From contig OY762926.1 of NCBI GenBank assembly GCA_963666735.1, positions 320,001 through 384,000 of the forward strand: DNA of 64,000 bases. Reading direction: 5' to 3'. The notes under the pieces are model-generated. The model was given only the letters and a program-made list of their open reading frames with translations. It was not told the origin of the DNA and did not search any database. A program made the translations under genes and the position numbers. Below are positions 26,552-36,231 of the stretch, one piece after another; position 1 is the stretch's first letter, and every line of letters begins with the position of its first letter. The DNA is from Gemmatimonadota bacterium (GTDB lineage Bacteria > Gemmatimonadota > Gemmatimonadetes > Palauibacterales > Palauibacteraceae).

Positions 26552-27973
26552 ATGAGTGAAGAAAAGAGAGAACCCGGCCCCGCGTCACGCGCCGACCGCA
26601 ACCGCCGGAGCTTCGTCAAGTCGGTGGCCGCCGGCTCCGTGCTCGCCGCGGGTGCGCCCTCGCTCCTGGCCGGAGCCGAATCCGGCCGCCGGGGCGGTGC
26701 CGCCGTCCGCCACGCACTCCCGCGACGACCGGAACCCCGTCGGGCGGCGTCTTCCGACAACATCGGCTTGGCCGTGATCGGCGCGGGCGGGATGGGCATG
26801 GCGGACGTCCAGACCGCGCTCCGCATCCCGGGCGTGAACCTGGCGGCTGCCTGCGATGTGTTCGACGGACGCCTCGAGGCCGCCCGCGAGCGCCACGGGG
26901 ACATCTTCACGACCCGCGACTACCGCGAACTTCTCGTCCGTGACGATGTGGACGCGGTCATCGTCGGGACCCCCGACCACTGGCATCAGCCCATCTCCGT
27001 CGACGCGCTGCGCGCCGGGAAGGCCGTCTACTGCGAGAAGCCGATGGTCCACCGGATCGAGGAGGGGCACGACCTGATCCGGGCCGAGCGGGAGTCCGGG
27101 TCGGTCTTCCAGGTCGGAAGCCAGGGGATGAGTTCGCTCGGCAACGAGAAGGCGAAGGAGCTGTACGAGGAAGGGGCGATCGGGGAACTCAACTACGCCG
27201 AGGGCTTCTGGGCCCGCAACGACCCCATCGGGGCGTGGCAGTATCCGATTCCGGCGGAGGCCTCCGAGGAGACCGTCGACTGGAAGGGCTTTCTCGGCCC
27301 CGCCCCCGACCGGCCGTACGACCCGCTGCGGATCTTCCGCTGGCGCAACTATCGCGACTACGGGACTGGCGTGGCCGGCGATCTCTTCGTCCACCTCTTC
27401 TCCAGCCTCCATTTCGTCGTGAGTTCGCGGGGGCCCACGCGCATCCAGGCCGCGGGAGGGCTCCGCTACTGGAAGGACGGGCGCGAGGTGCCGGATGTGC
27501 TGCTCGGTGTGTTCGATTATCCGGAGACGGAGACGCACCCGGGCTTCAATCTCTCTTTGCGCGTTAACTTCGTGGACGGGACCTCGGGCAGCACCTTCTT
27601 GAGGCTGGTCGGAAGCGAGGGCGCGATGGACGTGACGTGGACCGAGGTCAGCCTGCGCAAGAACGTCGCCGTGGACCCGATGGACGCCTTCTCCCAGGAG
27701 AAGATGGCGGAAGCCGCGTCGTCGGCGGACGGGCTCCCGCCGAGGGTTCGGATGCTGCCCCCGGCCGAAGCGCGGTACGAGGTGGAGCGCGGGTATCGCG
27801 GGGCCCATGTCGATCACTTCCACAACTTCTTCCAGGCGGTGAGGGGCGGCCCGCCCGTGCGGGAGGACGCGACCTTCGGGCTCCGCGCGGCCGCTCCGGC
27901 GCTCGCCTGCAACCTCTCCTACTTCGAGGACCGCATCGTGCGCTGGGATCCCGACGCCATGAGGCTCGTCTGA
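26552..27973 (+). CDS. Tat-exported Gfo/Idh/MocA-family oxidoreductase
   Basis: NRRSFVK Tat motif; GAGGMG, TPDHWH and YCEKP motifs. Confidence 0.92.
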   Translation: MSEEKREPGPASRADRNRRSFVKSVAAGSVLAAGAPSLLAGAESGRRGGAAVRHALPRRPEPRRAASSDNIGLAVIGAGGMGMADVQTALRIPGVNLAAACDVFDGRLEAARERHGDIFTTRDYRELLVRDDVDAVIVGTPDHWHQPISVDALRAGKAVYCEKPMVHRIEEGHDLIRAERESGSVFQVGSQGMSSLGNEKAKELYEEGAIGELNYAEGFWARNDPIGAWQYPIPAEASEETVDWKGFLGPAPDRPYDPLRIFRWRNYRDYGTGVAGDLFVHLFSSLHFVVSSRGPTRIQAAGGLRYWKDGREVPDVLLGVFDYPETETHPGFNLSLRVNFVDGTSGSTFLRLVGSEGAMDVTWTEVSLRKNVAVDPMDAFSQEKMAEAASSADGLPPRVRMLPPAEARYEVERGYRGAHVDHFHNFFQAVRGGPPVREDATFGLRAAAPALACNLSYFEDRIVRWDPDAMRLV

Positions 27974-29367
27974 TGCGCGTCCCGCGACGGCTCCGGCTCC
28001 GCATGCGGCTCCCCCTCCGTCTGCAATTCCTGCCCGCGCTCGCGGCGGGGTTCGCCCTCGGCTGCGCCCCGGTCCCCGAGACTCCGCCGGATATGGGGGA
28101 GACGGACGCGGCCGAGACGCCGCCCAACACGCTGACGGAAGCCGAGCGCGAGGCTGGCTGGCGCCTCCTCTTCGACGGGGAGACGACGGCGGGCTGGCGC
28201 GGCTACAACCGGGCGGCTTTCCCCGACACCGGCTGGGCGGTGATCGATGGCGCCCTGGTCGTGGGCGCGACCGCCACCGACCCCGACGTGGCCATCGGCG
28301 GGGACATCGTGACGACCGAGACCTTCTCCGATTTCGATCTCAAGTTCGAGTTCATGCTCTCCGAGGTCGCGAACAGCGGCGTCCTCTACCGCGTGATCGA
28401 AGAGGAGGGCGCCGCGATCTGGTTCAACGCGCCCGAGTACCAGGTGCTCGACGACACGGCGTACATCGAGATGGGCACGATGGACATGCGCACGCACCTG
28501 ACCGGGGACAACTACGACCTCCACGCCTCGGGCGAGAAGACGCTGAGGGGGCCCGGCGAGTGGAACGAGGGCCGGATCCGGATCCAGAACAACCTCGTCG
28601 AGCACTGGCTGAACGGGACGAAGACGGTCGAGTACGAACTCGGCTCTCCCGAGTGGGAGGCGCTTGTCGCGGCGAGCAAGTTTGCTCCGTATCCCCGGTA
28701 TGGGCGGGCCGAGTCCGGACCGGTCGGCCTCCAGGACCACGGGCGGAACGTCTGGTACCGCAGCATCAAGATCCTTCCTCTGGAACCCGTCTCGCTCTTC
28801 AACGGCGAGAACCTCGACGGCTGGCGCGTGCACGGGACCGAGCGCTGGTACGTGGAGGAGGGGGAAGAGGGCGGGCAAGTCGTGTGCGAGAGCGGCCCTG
28901 ATGCGGAGTACGGTTATCTCGTCACCGAGGAGACGTATCGCGACTTCGACCTGACCGTCGACTTCAAGCAGGAGGCGGACGGAAACAGCGGCGTCTTCCT
29001 GCGTTCCAGCGTGGAGGGGACGACCGTCAGCGGCTGGCAGGCCGAGGTCGCGCCGCCGGGCCTGTTCACCGGCGGCATCTACGAGTCGTACGGCCGCGGC
29101 TGGCTCGTGCGGCCCGACCCGGAACTCGACGGCGCGCTCCGCATGGGCGAGTGGAACACGATGCGGATCCGCGCGGACGGCGACCGGGTCGCGACCTGGC
29201 TCAACGGCACGAGGATGGTGGACTTCGAGGACGAGGCGATCGGCGCGGCCGAGGGTTCGATCGCGCTCCAGATTCACGACGGCGGCGGCATCCGGGTCCG
29301 CTGGCGCAACCTGCGCATCGTGGATCTGGCGTCCTTCGTCGACTCAACTCGGGCGATGGATTCATGA
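27973..29367 (+). CDS. Lipoprotein with two DUF1080 (3-keto-disaccharide hydrolase-like) domains
   Basis: Two LFDG/LFNG...NSGV...GEWN...LQ-H units; TGATG overlap with the oxidoreductase gene. Confidence 0.88.
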   Translation: MRVPRRLRLRMRLPLRLQFLPALAAGFALGCAPVPETPPDMGETDAAETPPNTLTEAEREAGWRLLFDGETTAGWRGYNRAAFPDTGWAVIDGALVVGATATDPDVAIGGDIVTTETFSDFDLKFEFMLSEVANSGVLYRVIEEEGAAIWFNAPEYQVLDDTAYIEMGTMDMRTHLTGDNYDLHASGEKTLRGPGEWNEGRIRIQNNLVEHWLNGTKTVEYELGSPEWEALVAASKFAPYPRYGRAESGPVGLQDHGRNVWYRSIKILPLEPVSLFNGENLDGWRVHGTERWYVEEGEEGGQVVCESGPDAEYGYLVTEETYRDFDLTVDFKQEADGNSGVFLRSSVEGTTVSGWQAEVAPPGLFTGGIYESYGRGWLVRPDPELDGALRMGEWNTMRIRADGDRVATWLNGTRMVDFEDEAIGAAEGSIALQIHDGGGIRVRWRNLRIVDLASFVDSTRAMDS

Positions 29368-30755
29368 GATTTCGTTACGGTGTGTGGGTCGCGCTGCTGG
29401 CGGCTTGCGGCGGCGAAACCGGGATCGGGTCCGCGCCGCCGCCGAGCGGAGACCGTCCGCTCGAAGCCGACTTCGTGGACGTGTACCGGATCGGCGGGAT
29501 CGCGGCGGAGGGTTGGGACGCGTTCACGGAGATCGCGGACCTGGATTTCGACGGGGCCGGCCGGCTCTACATCCGCGACGAAACCGGGTCCTCCACCCGA
29601 ATCGTGGTCGTGGACGGAGTGGGCGATCCGGTGGCCGAGTTCGGGCGCATGGGCGACGGCCCGGGCGAGCTTCGCAATGTGACGCACATGATGGCCCGGC
29701 CCGAGGGAGGGGTCGTGATCGTCGACGCCGGCCACCGCGCCTATCTGCTGTTCGGCCCGGATGGATCGTTCGAGCGCGCGATCCGCTTCGAGACCCAGGG
29801 CGCTTCCGAGACCGCTCCCCCGGAGACCGTGCGCTCCGCTCGGGAGGGGGAAGCGCTGTTTCTGACCCGAGGCCCGGCCGCGCGCTTCGGCAGCGGGGAA
29901 ATGTCCGTCGAGACGGGTGACCGCACCATCTACCGCATGACGCTCGCCGGGGTGGAAGAGGCCGCCGCGGCGCCGTTCGCGGAAGGCTGGGAGGCGCGCC
30001 CGGCGCGGGAGGTCAGAATGGAGACTGCGGATCTATCGGACATGTTCGGCGCCCTTGTCGACGAGTTCACGCACTTCGTGCCCGGCCTCGTGTTCGATGT
30101 TCTCCCCGGCGGTGGAGTGGCGTACTCGGATTCCTCTGCCTACGCAGTCAAGATCCAGCCGGCCTCCGGCGCTCCGGCGCGCGTCGTGGGCCGCCCCCTC
30201 CGCCCCGAGCCCGTCACGGAGCCGCTGCGCGAGCGCGTCCGGGATCGAGTGCTGGAAGGTCTGGAAGCATCGGCTACGGGAGAGGTCAACGGCCAGTCGC
30301 CGGGCGATCTTCCGCCGGCCGCCCGCGCGCAGCTGGCGGCCATGATGGAGGAGATGCTGACGGGTATGCGCGACGCCGTGGCGAATGCGGGTTTCATGGC
30401 GGAAGTGCCCATCGTGCGGGACCTCCGGACGACCTGGGAAGGGGCGATCTGGGTCCAACGCTGGGGGAGCGATCCCCTGGCGCAGATCGATGCGCAGACC
30501 GCTGGCGCGGGCGAAGACCCGGAGGGGGAGGAGGCGGCCGGCTGGATCGATGTCCTCTCGCCCGGGGGCGAGTATGTAGGCACGCTGTCGCTGGAGGAGA
30601 CGCCCATGCCCGACGCGTTCGGGCCGGGCGGCCTCGCCGCCTTCGTCGAGATGGACGAATTCGATGTCCCGACGATCATCCTGAAGCGGCTGCCGGAGAC
30701 TATCCGCCTGGAACTGGGGTCGCGGGCTCCGGGCGATGCGGGCGGCGGGCGTTAG
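29364..30755 (+). CDS. Lipoprotein 6-bladed beta-propeller
   Basis: LAAC lipobox; FGRMGDGPGEL motif; similar to the gene at 1-395; ATGA overlap. Confidence 0.8.
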   Translation: MRFRYGVWVALLAACGGETGIGSAPPPSGDRPLEADFVDVYRIGGIAAEGWDAFTEIADLDFDGAGRLYIRDETGSSTRIVVVDGVGDPVAEFGRMGDGPGELRNVTHMMARPEGGVVIVDAGHRAYLLFGPDGSFERAIRFETQGASETAPPETVRSAREGEALFLTRGPAARFGSGEMSVETGDRTIYRMTLAGVEEAAAAPFAEGWEARPAREVRMETADLSDMFGALVDEFTHFVPGLVFDVLPGGGVAYSDSSAYAVKIQPASGAPARVVGRPLRPEPVTEPLRERVRDRVLEGLEASATGEVNGQSPGDLPPAARAQLAAMMEEMLTGMRDAVANAGFMAEVPIVRDLRTTWEGAIWVQRWGSDPLAQIDAQTAGAGEDPEGEEAAGWIDVLSPGGEYVGTLSLEETPMPDAFGPGGLAAFVEMDEFDVPTIILKRLPETIRLELGSRAPGDAGGGR

Positions 30756-30827
30756 CGGGGCGTTTGACCCGGCCTTCGCCCGTCGCGTACCCTTTTGCGA
30801 GAGAGCCCTCCCGCAAGGAGCCATGTG

Positions 30828-32435
30828 ATGCCGCACACGACGCGGGCCTTGTCTATCGTTCGGAGACCGTCCGTCCTGCCGGCCCTCGTGCTGCTCTCCG
30901 CCGGCGGCTTGGCGGCGCAGAACGGTGGGCCGGCCGCGACGGCGCGTCACGTCGCAACGGATGAGCGGGGCGCCGAGGCGGCCGATGTGACGTTCAGCCG
31001 GGACATCGCGCCGATCCTGCAGCGGGCCTGCGTCCGCTGCCACCGCGACAACGGCGTCGCCCCGATGCCGCTCGTCGCGCACGAAGACGTCCAGCCCTAC
31101 GCGAGCATGATTGCCCGCCGGACCCAGATTCGGGACCGGGCCGGCGCCATGCCGCCGTGGTACGTCGAGAAAGACATCGGGATCCAGCATTTCAAGGACG
31201 ACATGTCGCTCGACGAACGGGAGATCGAGGCGCTCGACGCGTGGCGACGCGCCGGCGCCCCCGAGGGCGACCCCGCCGACCTGCCTCCGCCGCTCGAGTT
31301 CAACGACGACGTGATGTGGGCCGCGGGCGAGCCGGACCTCATCGTCCGCCTGCCCGAGGTGGTCGTGAAGGGCGACGCTCCAGACTGGTGGGGGGACATC
31401 GAGAGCGTGCCCACGGGTCTCACCGAGGACCGCTACGTGAAGTCCGTCGAGATCCGCGAGGTGAACGACGTGCCCCAGCGCAGGGACGGGGAACACGGCG
31501 GGCGTCACACGGTGGGCGGACGTTTCGTCGTCCACCACATGATTTGGAGCACGCGCGTGCTCGAGGGCCAGGAGACGGGTCCCGGCTCGCGGCGCGCCTC
31601 CAGCGACACCGGCTGGCCGGTGCACGAAGTCGGCCGCGAACCCGACCTCTTCGACGACGACGCGGGCCGCCTGCTCAGAGCGGGCTCCTCGGTGGTGTCG
31701 AACTCCGTCCACCTCCACTCCAACGGCCGCGACACGCGCGCCCACCTCGAGATCGGCTTCCGCTTCCATCCGGAGGACTACGAGCCGAAATACCGGCGGA
31801 CCATCCTCGGCCTCGGCAACGGAAGCGACATCGACATCCGCCCGGGCGTGGCGGGGCAGGAACTTCACGCCTACAAGGTGCTGAACCAGCACACCAAGAT
31901 CGTCACCTTCGAGCCGCACCTGCACGCGCCCGGCATGCGCATGTGCCTCGAGGCGATCTGGGGCTTCAACGTCGAGACGCTGAACTGCGTCGGCTACGAT
32001 CACAACTGGGTCCGGGGCTACACTTACGCGCAGGACCACCAGCCGCTCCTCCCGAAGGGGACGGTCCTTCACATCATCGGTTACATGGACACCTCCGAGG
32101 CGAACCGGAACGTCCCGGACACCCGCAACTGGCAGGGTTCGGGGAACCGTTCCGTCGCGAACATGTTCATCGATCTCGGCATGCGCGTGGAGATGACGGA
32201 TGAACAGTTCGTGGAGGAGATGGCGATGCGCCGGCACCGGCTCGCGCTCGGCCCCAACGACCATGTCGTCGGATGCCCCCTATGCATGGTCATCCCCGCG
32301 AACGGCGACATGAGCTACTTCGCGGGCGCCGAGTGGACGCAGCCTGACACCGCTGCCGAGGCCGAGTCCTCCGGCGCCGGCGAATCGGGGTCCGGTGACG
32401 GCCGCGACCCCGGCGGCGACCGCCGGGAACGGTAA
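30828..32435 (+). CDS. Secreted c-type cytochrome fused to a copper type II monooxygenase-like (PHM/DBH-like) domain
   Basis: Signal peptide; CVRCH and MPPW; VVHHMI, HLH and PHLH His clusters; C-terminal CPLC. Confidence 0.65.
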   Translation: MPHTTRALSIVRRPSVLPALVLLSAGGLAAQNGGPAATARHVATDERGAEAADVTFSRDIAPILQRACVRCHRDNGVAPMPLVAHEDVQPYASMIARRTQIRDRAGAMPPWYVEKDIGIQHFKDDMSLDEREIEALDAWRRAGAPEGDPADLPPPLEFNDDVMWAAGEPDLIVRLPEVVVKGDAPDWWGDIESVPTGLTEDRYVKSVEIREVNDVPQRRDGEHGGRHTVGGRFVVHHMIWSTRVLEGQETGPGSRRASSDTGWPVHEVGREPDLFDDDAGRLLRAGSSVVSNSVHLHSNGRDTRAHLEIGFRFHPEDYEPKYRRTILGLGNGSDIDIRPGVAGQELHAYKVLNQHTKIVTFEPHLHAPGMRMCLEAIWGFNVETLNCVGYDHNWVRGYTYAQDHQPLLPKGTVLHIIGYMDTSEANRNVPDTRNWQGSGNRSVANMFIDLGMRVEMTDEQFVEEMAMRRHRLALGPNDHVVGCPLCMVIPANGDMSYFAGAEWTQPDTAAEAESSGAGESGSGDGRDPGGDRRER

Positions 32436-32437
32436 TC

Positions 32438-33448
32438 GTGGCCGAACCGGGCTCCATGCCCCGGGCCGCGCGGCCCGGGGCGCCGGCCGCGCCGCTTCTG
32501 GCGCTGGTCCTCGCCGTGTCCGCGCTTCCCGCGGACTCCGCCGCCCAGACCTACGCGCGGGGTCAGAACGTGGCCCCGGCGTTCGAGGGATGGGAACAGA
32601 ACGGGGACGGGTCGTTCAACTTCCTGTTCGGGTACATGAACCGGAACTGGATCGAGGAGCTGGACGTCCCCGTGGGCGAGCACAACATGTTCTCGCCGGG
32701 TCCCTCCGACCGGGGGCAGCCGACCCGCTTCCTCCCGCGCCGCAACCGCTTCGTGTTCAAGGTTCGCGTGCCCGCCGACTGGGGCGACCGGGAACTCGTG
32801 TGGACGCTGACGAGCCACGGGGTCACCGAGCACGCCTACGCATCGCTGCGTCCCGACTACATCGTGGACAACACGGTGATCATGTCGGAGACCGGCGCGC
32901 TCGGCGCGGGTTCGAGCAACGCCGAGATGCGGGCCAACGAGCCGCCGAAGATCACGCTCGAGGGTGAGCGCAGGCGGGAAACGATCGTCGGCCAGCCGGT
33001 GACGGTGAGCGTCATCGTGGAGGACGACAGCCTGCTGCGAGCGTTCCGCCAGGGGCCGCCCGATCCGCCGGAGACGGCGGAGGACTCCGCTCGGGTCGAC
33101 TCGATCGCGAACGCCTTCCCCAGCTTCAGCGGCCGCCAACTCCGGCCCCCGTCGCGAGTGACGGTGCAGAAGGTGAACGGCCTGTTCATGTCGTGGTTCG
33201 TCTATCGCGGCGAGGGGGAAGTGAGGTTCGATCCGCCGCAGGTGAAGGTGTGGGAGGACACGCGCACGGGCGCGAACTCGCCGTGGGCGCCGCTCTGGCG
33301 CCCCCCGGACCTGCCGGAAGATGGCCGCTGGACCGTGACGGTGATCTTCTCCCGGCCCGGCACCTACATCCTCCGCGGCCGCGCCGACGACGGCGGACTG
33401 TTCTCCGACGAGGAAATCACCGTGGTGGTCCGCCCCGCCGCCAGCTGA
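32438..33448 (+). CDS. Secreted conserved hypothetical protein with a PKD-like C-terminus
   Basis: Signal peptide; GQNVAPAFEGW...FGYMNRN; FSRPGTYILRGRADDG; starts 2 bp after the cytochrome gene. Confidence 0.75.
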   Translation: MAEPGSMPRAARPGAPAAPLLALVLAVSALPADSAAQTYARGQNVAPAFEGWEQNGDGSFNFLFGYMNRNWIEELDVPVGEHNMFSPGPSDRGQPTRFLPRRNRFVFKVRVPADWGDRELVWTLTSHGVTEHAYASLRPDYIVDNTVIMSETGALGAGSSNAEMRANEPPKITLEGERRRETIVGQPVTVSVIVEDDSLLRAFRQGPPDPPETAEDSARVDSIANAFPSFSGRQLRPPSRVTVQKVNGLFMSWFVYRGEGEVRFDPPQVKVWEDTRTGANSPWAPLWRPPDLPEDGRWTVTVIFSRPGTYILRGRADDGGLFSDEEITVVVRPAAS

Positions 33449-33666
33449 ATCTGCCGGACGGAAGCAAGCTGGGCGGAGCCGGGGCCGGGTCTTCCCGCCG
33501 CGGCTCTCCACCGCTTCCGCGAGGACCTTGATGCGCACGGAAGAATCCGTTCCCGATGGGAGGGAACCCATTCCCCGACGGGGGGTATCGGTGTGATCGA
33601 TGGATTCCGGTCTTGCGACGAATTGATCCGGGTCGGAAACCACCATAACCAAAGGAGTGTGCCTCG

Positions 33667-33891
33667 ATGATCAGCCTGCGAAGGACTCTTCAAGCCCTCC
33701 TCCTCGCCGCCTGCATGGCGGCCACCGGTATCGCGAGCAATGCGTCTGCGGCGATTAGCGGCGATTGCGACGACGACTGCCCTTGGGATAGCAGCGGCTA
33801 TCTGTCCAGTTGTAACGAGGACGATGTCGGCGGGATCTGGTGCGACTATTCGGACGGTCACTACTACTATAGTCTCGGAGGTAGTTGCTGA
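33667..33891 (+). CDS. Small secreted Cys-rich peptide (cassette C)
   Basis: AAAGGAG RBS; signal peptide (LAAC lipobox or ASA cleavage); acidic/aromatic mature part with 5 Cys, ending in Cys. Confidence 0.75.
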   Translation: MISLRRTLQALLLAACMAATGIASNASAAISGDCDDDCPWDSSGYLSSCNEDDVGGIWCDYSDGHYYYSLGGSC

Positions 33892-35000
33892 ACCGAGGCG
33901 AACCGGTCGGTTCGGTGACGATGCGCCCCTTGGGTCTCGTGCATCGTCCACGGCAGCATGTGCGGCGCGGCTTGGCGTTCGCCCAGTCTGATCGATCCCT
34001 CTCCGTTGCGGGCATCTGCGTGCTCCTGTCCTCGTGCTCTAGTGCGGAGCCGGAGCCGCTGGGGCGTGCGGTGACGCTTGAGCGCGTTCGAACGGTCGTG
34101 CGCCAGGACGCGACTGCGGAGACTGCCTGGCTCAGTCGACCCTCGGGATTGCACTATGACGCCGGCGGTGATCGGCTCTTCGCTTTGGACCGCGATGACC
34201 AGCGCGTGCTTGAATTCACTACCTCCGGGGAGTTCGTTGGCGCTTTCGGTCGGCACGGCGAGGGTCCGGGCGAATTACGCAATATCAGGGCGGTTGGGAT
34301 CGCGGCCGGCAATGTCGTTGTGCTGGACCAGGGGAACAGTAAACTTCTCGTCTTCGACCGCAAGACGCGCGAACCGATGACCGAAGTTCGGCTTACGGGA
34401 CGTGTTCCGATCAACATGGCGACGATCGGCGACACGCTCGTCGCCGTGATTCCCGGCCCCGGCGGAAACCTGTTCGAGCTGTTTTCTTCGGCCGGCCTCA
34501 GCTTGGGCGCGTTCGGCGATGGCGGCTTTCTTGGCGGGTATCCGGGCTATCTCATCGCGGACATTGGGAGCGGTCTGATTGTCGTCGTCAGGCCTGAGCT
34601 CCCCGAAGGTCGGATCTATCGGTTGGATGGATCACCGGTTGAGATCTTCGTGTTCTCGGAGTTGAGTCATGTGCTGGCGGAATGGCGCGACACCTTCGCC
34701 GAAAACGTCCGGCGCCGAATGGGTGCGCTTGCCTCGGCCGACGCCGGACGCATCTCTGCGGGGAAGCGGTACGTGACAAGCCTTGGTGCGGCAGGAGATG
34801 GTTTGTTCTTCGTCGTGGCCGTGCCGGAGAACCTTGACGTTACTCCCAAGGAGATGTGGATTCTCGACAATAGAGGCCGAGTCAAGCAGCGATACGCGTT
34901 CGACCGGCCGTGGGTCGGTGGCCTGACCGCCTCGTTTCCGCGCATTTTCGCGGCAGGGCAGGAAGACGAATACGGGATCCACGAATACCGGATCCCCTGA
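33885..35000 (+). CDS. Lipoprotein 6-bladed beta-propeller (cassette C)
   Basis: LSSC lipobox; FGRHGEGPGEL motif; TTG start overlaps the peptide stop (the true start may be slightly downstream). Confidence 0.8.
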   Translation: MLNRGEPVGSVTMRPLGLVHRPRQHVRRGLAFAQSDRSLSVAGICVLLSSCSSAEPEPLGRAVTLERVRTVVRQDATAETAWLSRPSGLHYDAGGDRLFALDRDDQRVLEFTTSGEFVGAFGRHGEGPGELRNIRAVGIAAGNVVVLDQGNSKLLVFDRKTREPMTEVRLTGRVPINMATIGDTLVAVIPGPGGNLFELFSSAGLSLGAFGDGGFLGGYPGYLIADIGSGLIVVVRPELPEGRIYRLDGSPVEIFVFSELSHVLAEWRDTFAENVRRRMGALASADAGRISAGKRYVTSLGAAGDGLFFVVAVPENLDVTPKEMWILDNRGRVKQRYAFDRPWVGGLTASFPRIFAAGQEDEYGIHEYRIP

Positions 35001-35047
35001 CTTCTTGTGGCGGAGCTTGCGCGGCGCGTACTGGCCTCGCGCCGCCG

Positions 35048-35290
35048 CTACTTCGAGCGCTGCCCGTACTCCACGGCTTCGAGCGCCTGGAACACGTGGA
35101 CGGCCGCGCAGACGATGAAGCACATGAGGTCGAGCGGCTCGCCGTCCGCAAGCCAGTGGGTTCCCGTGTAGGCGGCCATGGCGGCGTTGGCCAGCGAGAC
35201 GCCCGTCGCGCGGACTCGACTCTGCAGGAGTTGACCGAGACCGGGGATGAGAAGGCTCGCGAACCCCGCGGCGTGCGGCGTCAGCTTCAT
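35048..35290 (-). CDS. Small membrane protein
   Basis: MKLTPHAAGFASLLIPGLGQL...; ATGA overlap with the upstream MBL gene; hydrophobic. Confidence 0.65.
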   Translation of the reverse strand: MKLTPHAAGFASLLIPGLGQLLQSRVRATGVSLANAAMAAYTGTHWLADGEPLDLMCFIVCAAVHVFQALEAVEYGQRSK

Positions 35291-36231
35291 GTGGCTGCGG
35301 CTCGCTTGCGCCAGTAGCGGGCGAGGCCCCACCACGAGTCGCCCGCGCCGAACGCGTTGACGTAGGTGTCCACCGGCTCCGCCGGCATGCGCCCGCGCAG
35401 GTCTTCCTCCACCCACGCCGCGAACGTCCCGGCCCGCGCCGGGTCGGCCGGCGTATCCGGGTTCGTCGGGTCCTCGTCCCCCAGCGACTCGCGCACCGTG
35501 CGGGCCCAGCGGGCGAGTTCGTCGCGGAGCTCCGCGAAATGGGCGGCCGGGTCCTCGACCGCCCCGAAGTGGGTCGGGATGATGCGGTCGGGATCCCACT
35601 CCATGACCCGCGCCATGCTCGCGTTCCAGGCTTCGACATCGATGTCGGGCACCGGCGTGACCGGGATCACGCCCCCGGGCGGGATGCGGATGCCGCCCAC
35701 ATCGCCCACCCACGCCGTCCCCCCGTCCTCCTCGCAGTAGGCGACGTGGTGCTTCGCATGGCCGGGCGCGTAGGCGACGCGAAGCATGCGGTCGCCGAGC
35801 CGCACCGTGTCCCCTTCGTCCACTGCGGTGACGGACTCCGCGGGAACCGGAAGGAACTCTCCCCACAGCGTCTCCATCCGGTCGCCGTAAATGCGGCCGG
35901 CGGAGGCGAGAAGACGCTCGGGCCGGATCATGTGAATCGCCCCCACGGGGTGGACGTAAACCCGCGCTTCGGGCACCCGGCTCACGATCGTCCCGGCGGC
36001 TGTGGCGTGATCGAGGTGGATGTGCGTGAGCAGGACGGCGCGGACGTCGGCGAGGCCGAATCCGGCTTCCCCGAGCCCGGCCTCCAGCGCCGCGAGACAG
36101 GTCGTGGGCCCGGGGTCGACGAGCGCGACGCCCTCGCCGGTCTCCAGAACTCCGGTGCCGATGGCGAGGTCGAAGCCCTGGAACTTCAGGTCGACGATCG
36201 AGGTCCGTCGATCAAGAGTGTGAAGCGTCAT
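35287..36231 (-). CDS. MBL-fold metallo-hydrolase
   Basis: THIHLDH, PGHAKHH, VGD and PTHFG motifs. Confidence 0.93.
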   Translation of the reverse strand: MTLHTLDRRTSIVDLKFQGFDLAIGTGVLETGEGVALVDPGPTTCLAALEAGLGEAGFGLADVRAVLLTHIHLDHATAAGTIVSRVPEARVYVHPVGAIHMIRPERLLASAGRIYGDRMETLWGEFLPVPAESVTAVDEGDTVRLGDRMLRVAYAPGHAKHHVAYCEEDGGTAWVGDVGGIRIPPGGVIPVTPVPDIDVEAWNASMARVMEWDPDRIIPTHFGAVEDPAAHFAELRDELARWARTVRESLGDEDPTNPDTPADPARAGTFAAWVEEDLRGRMPAEPVDTYVNAFGAGDSWWGLARYWRKRAAAT

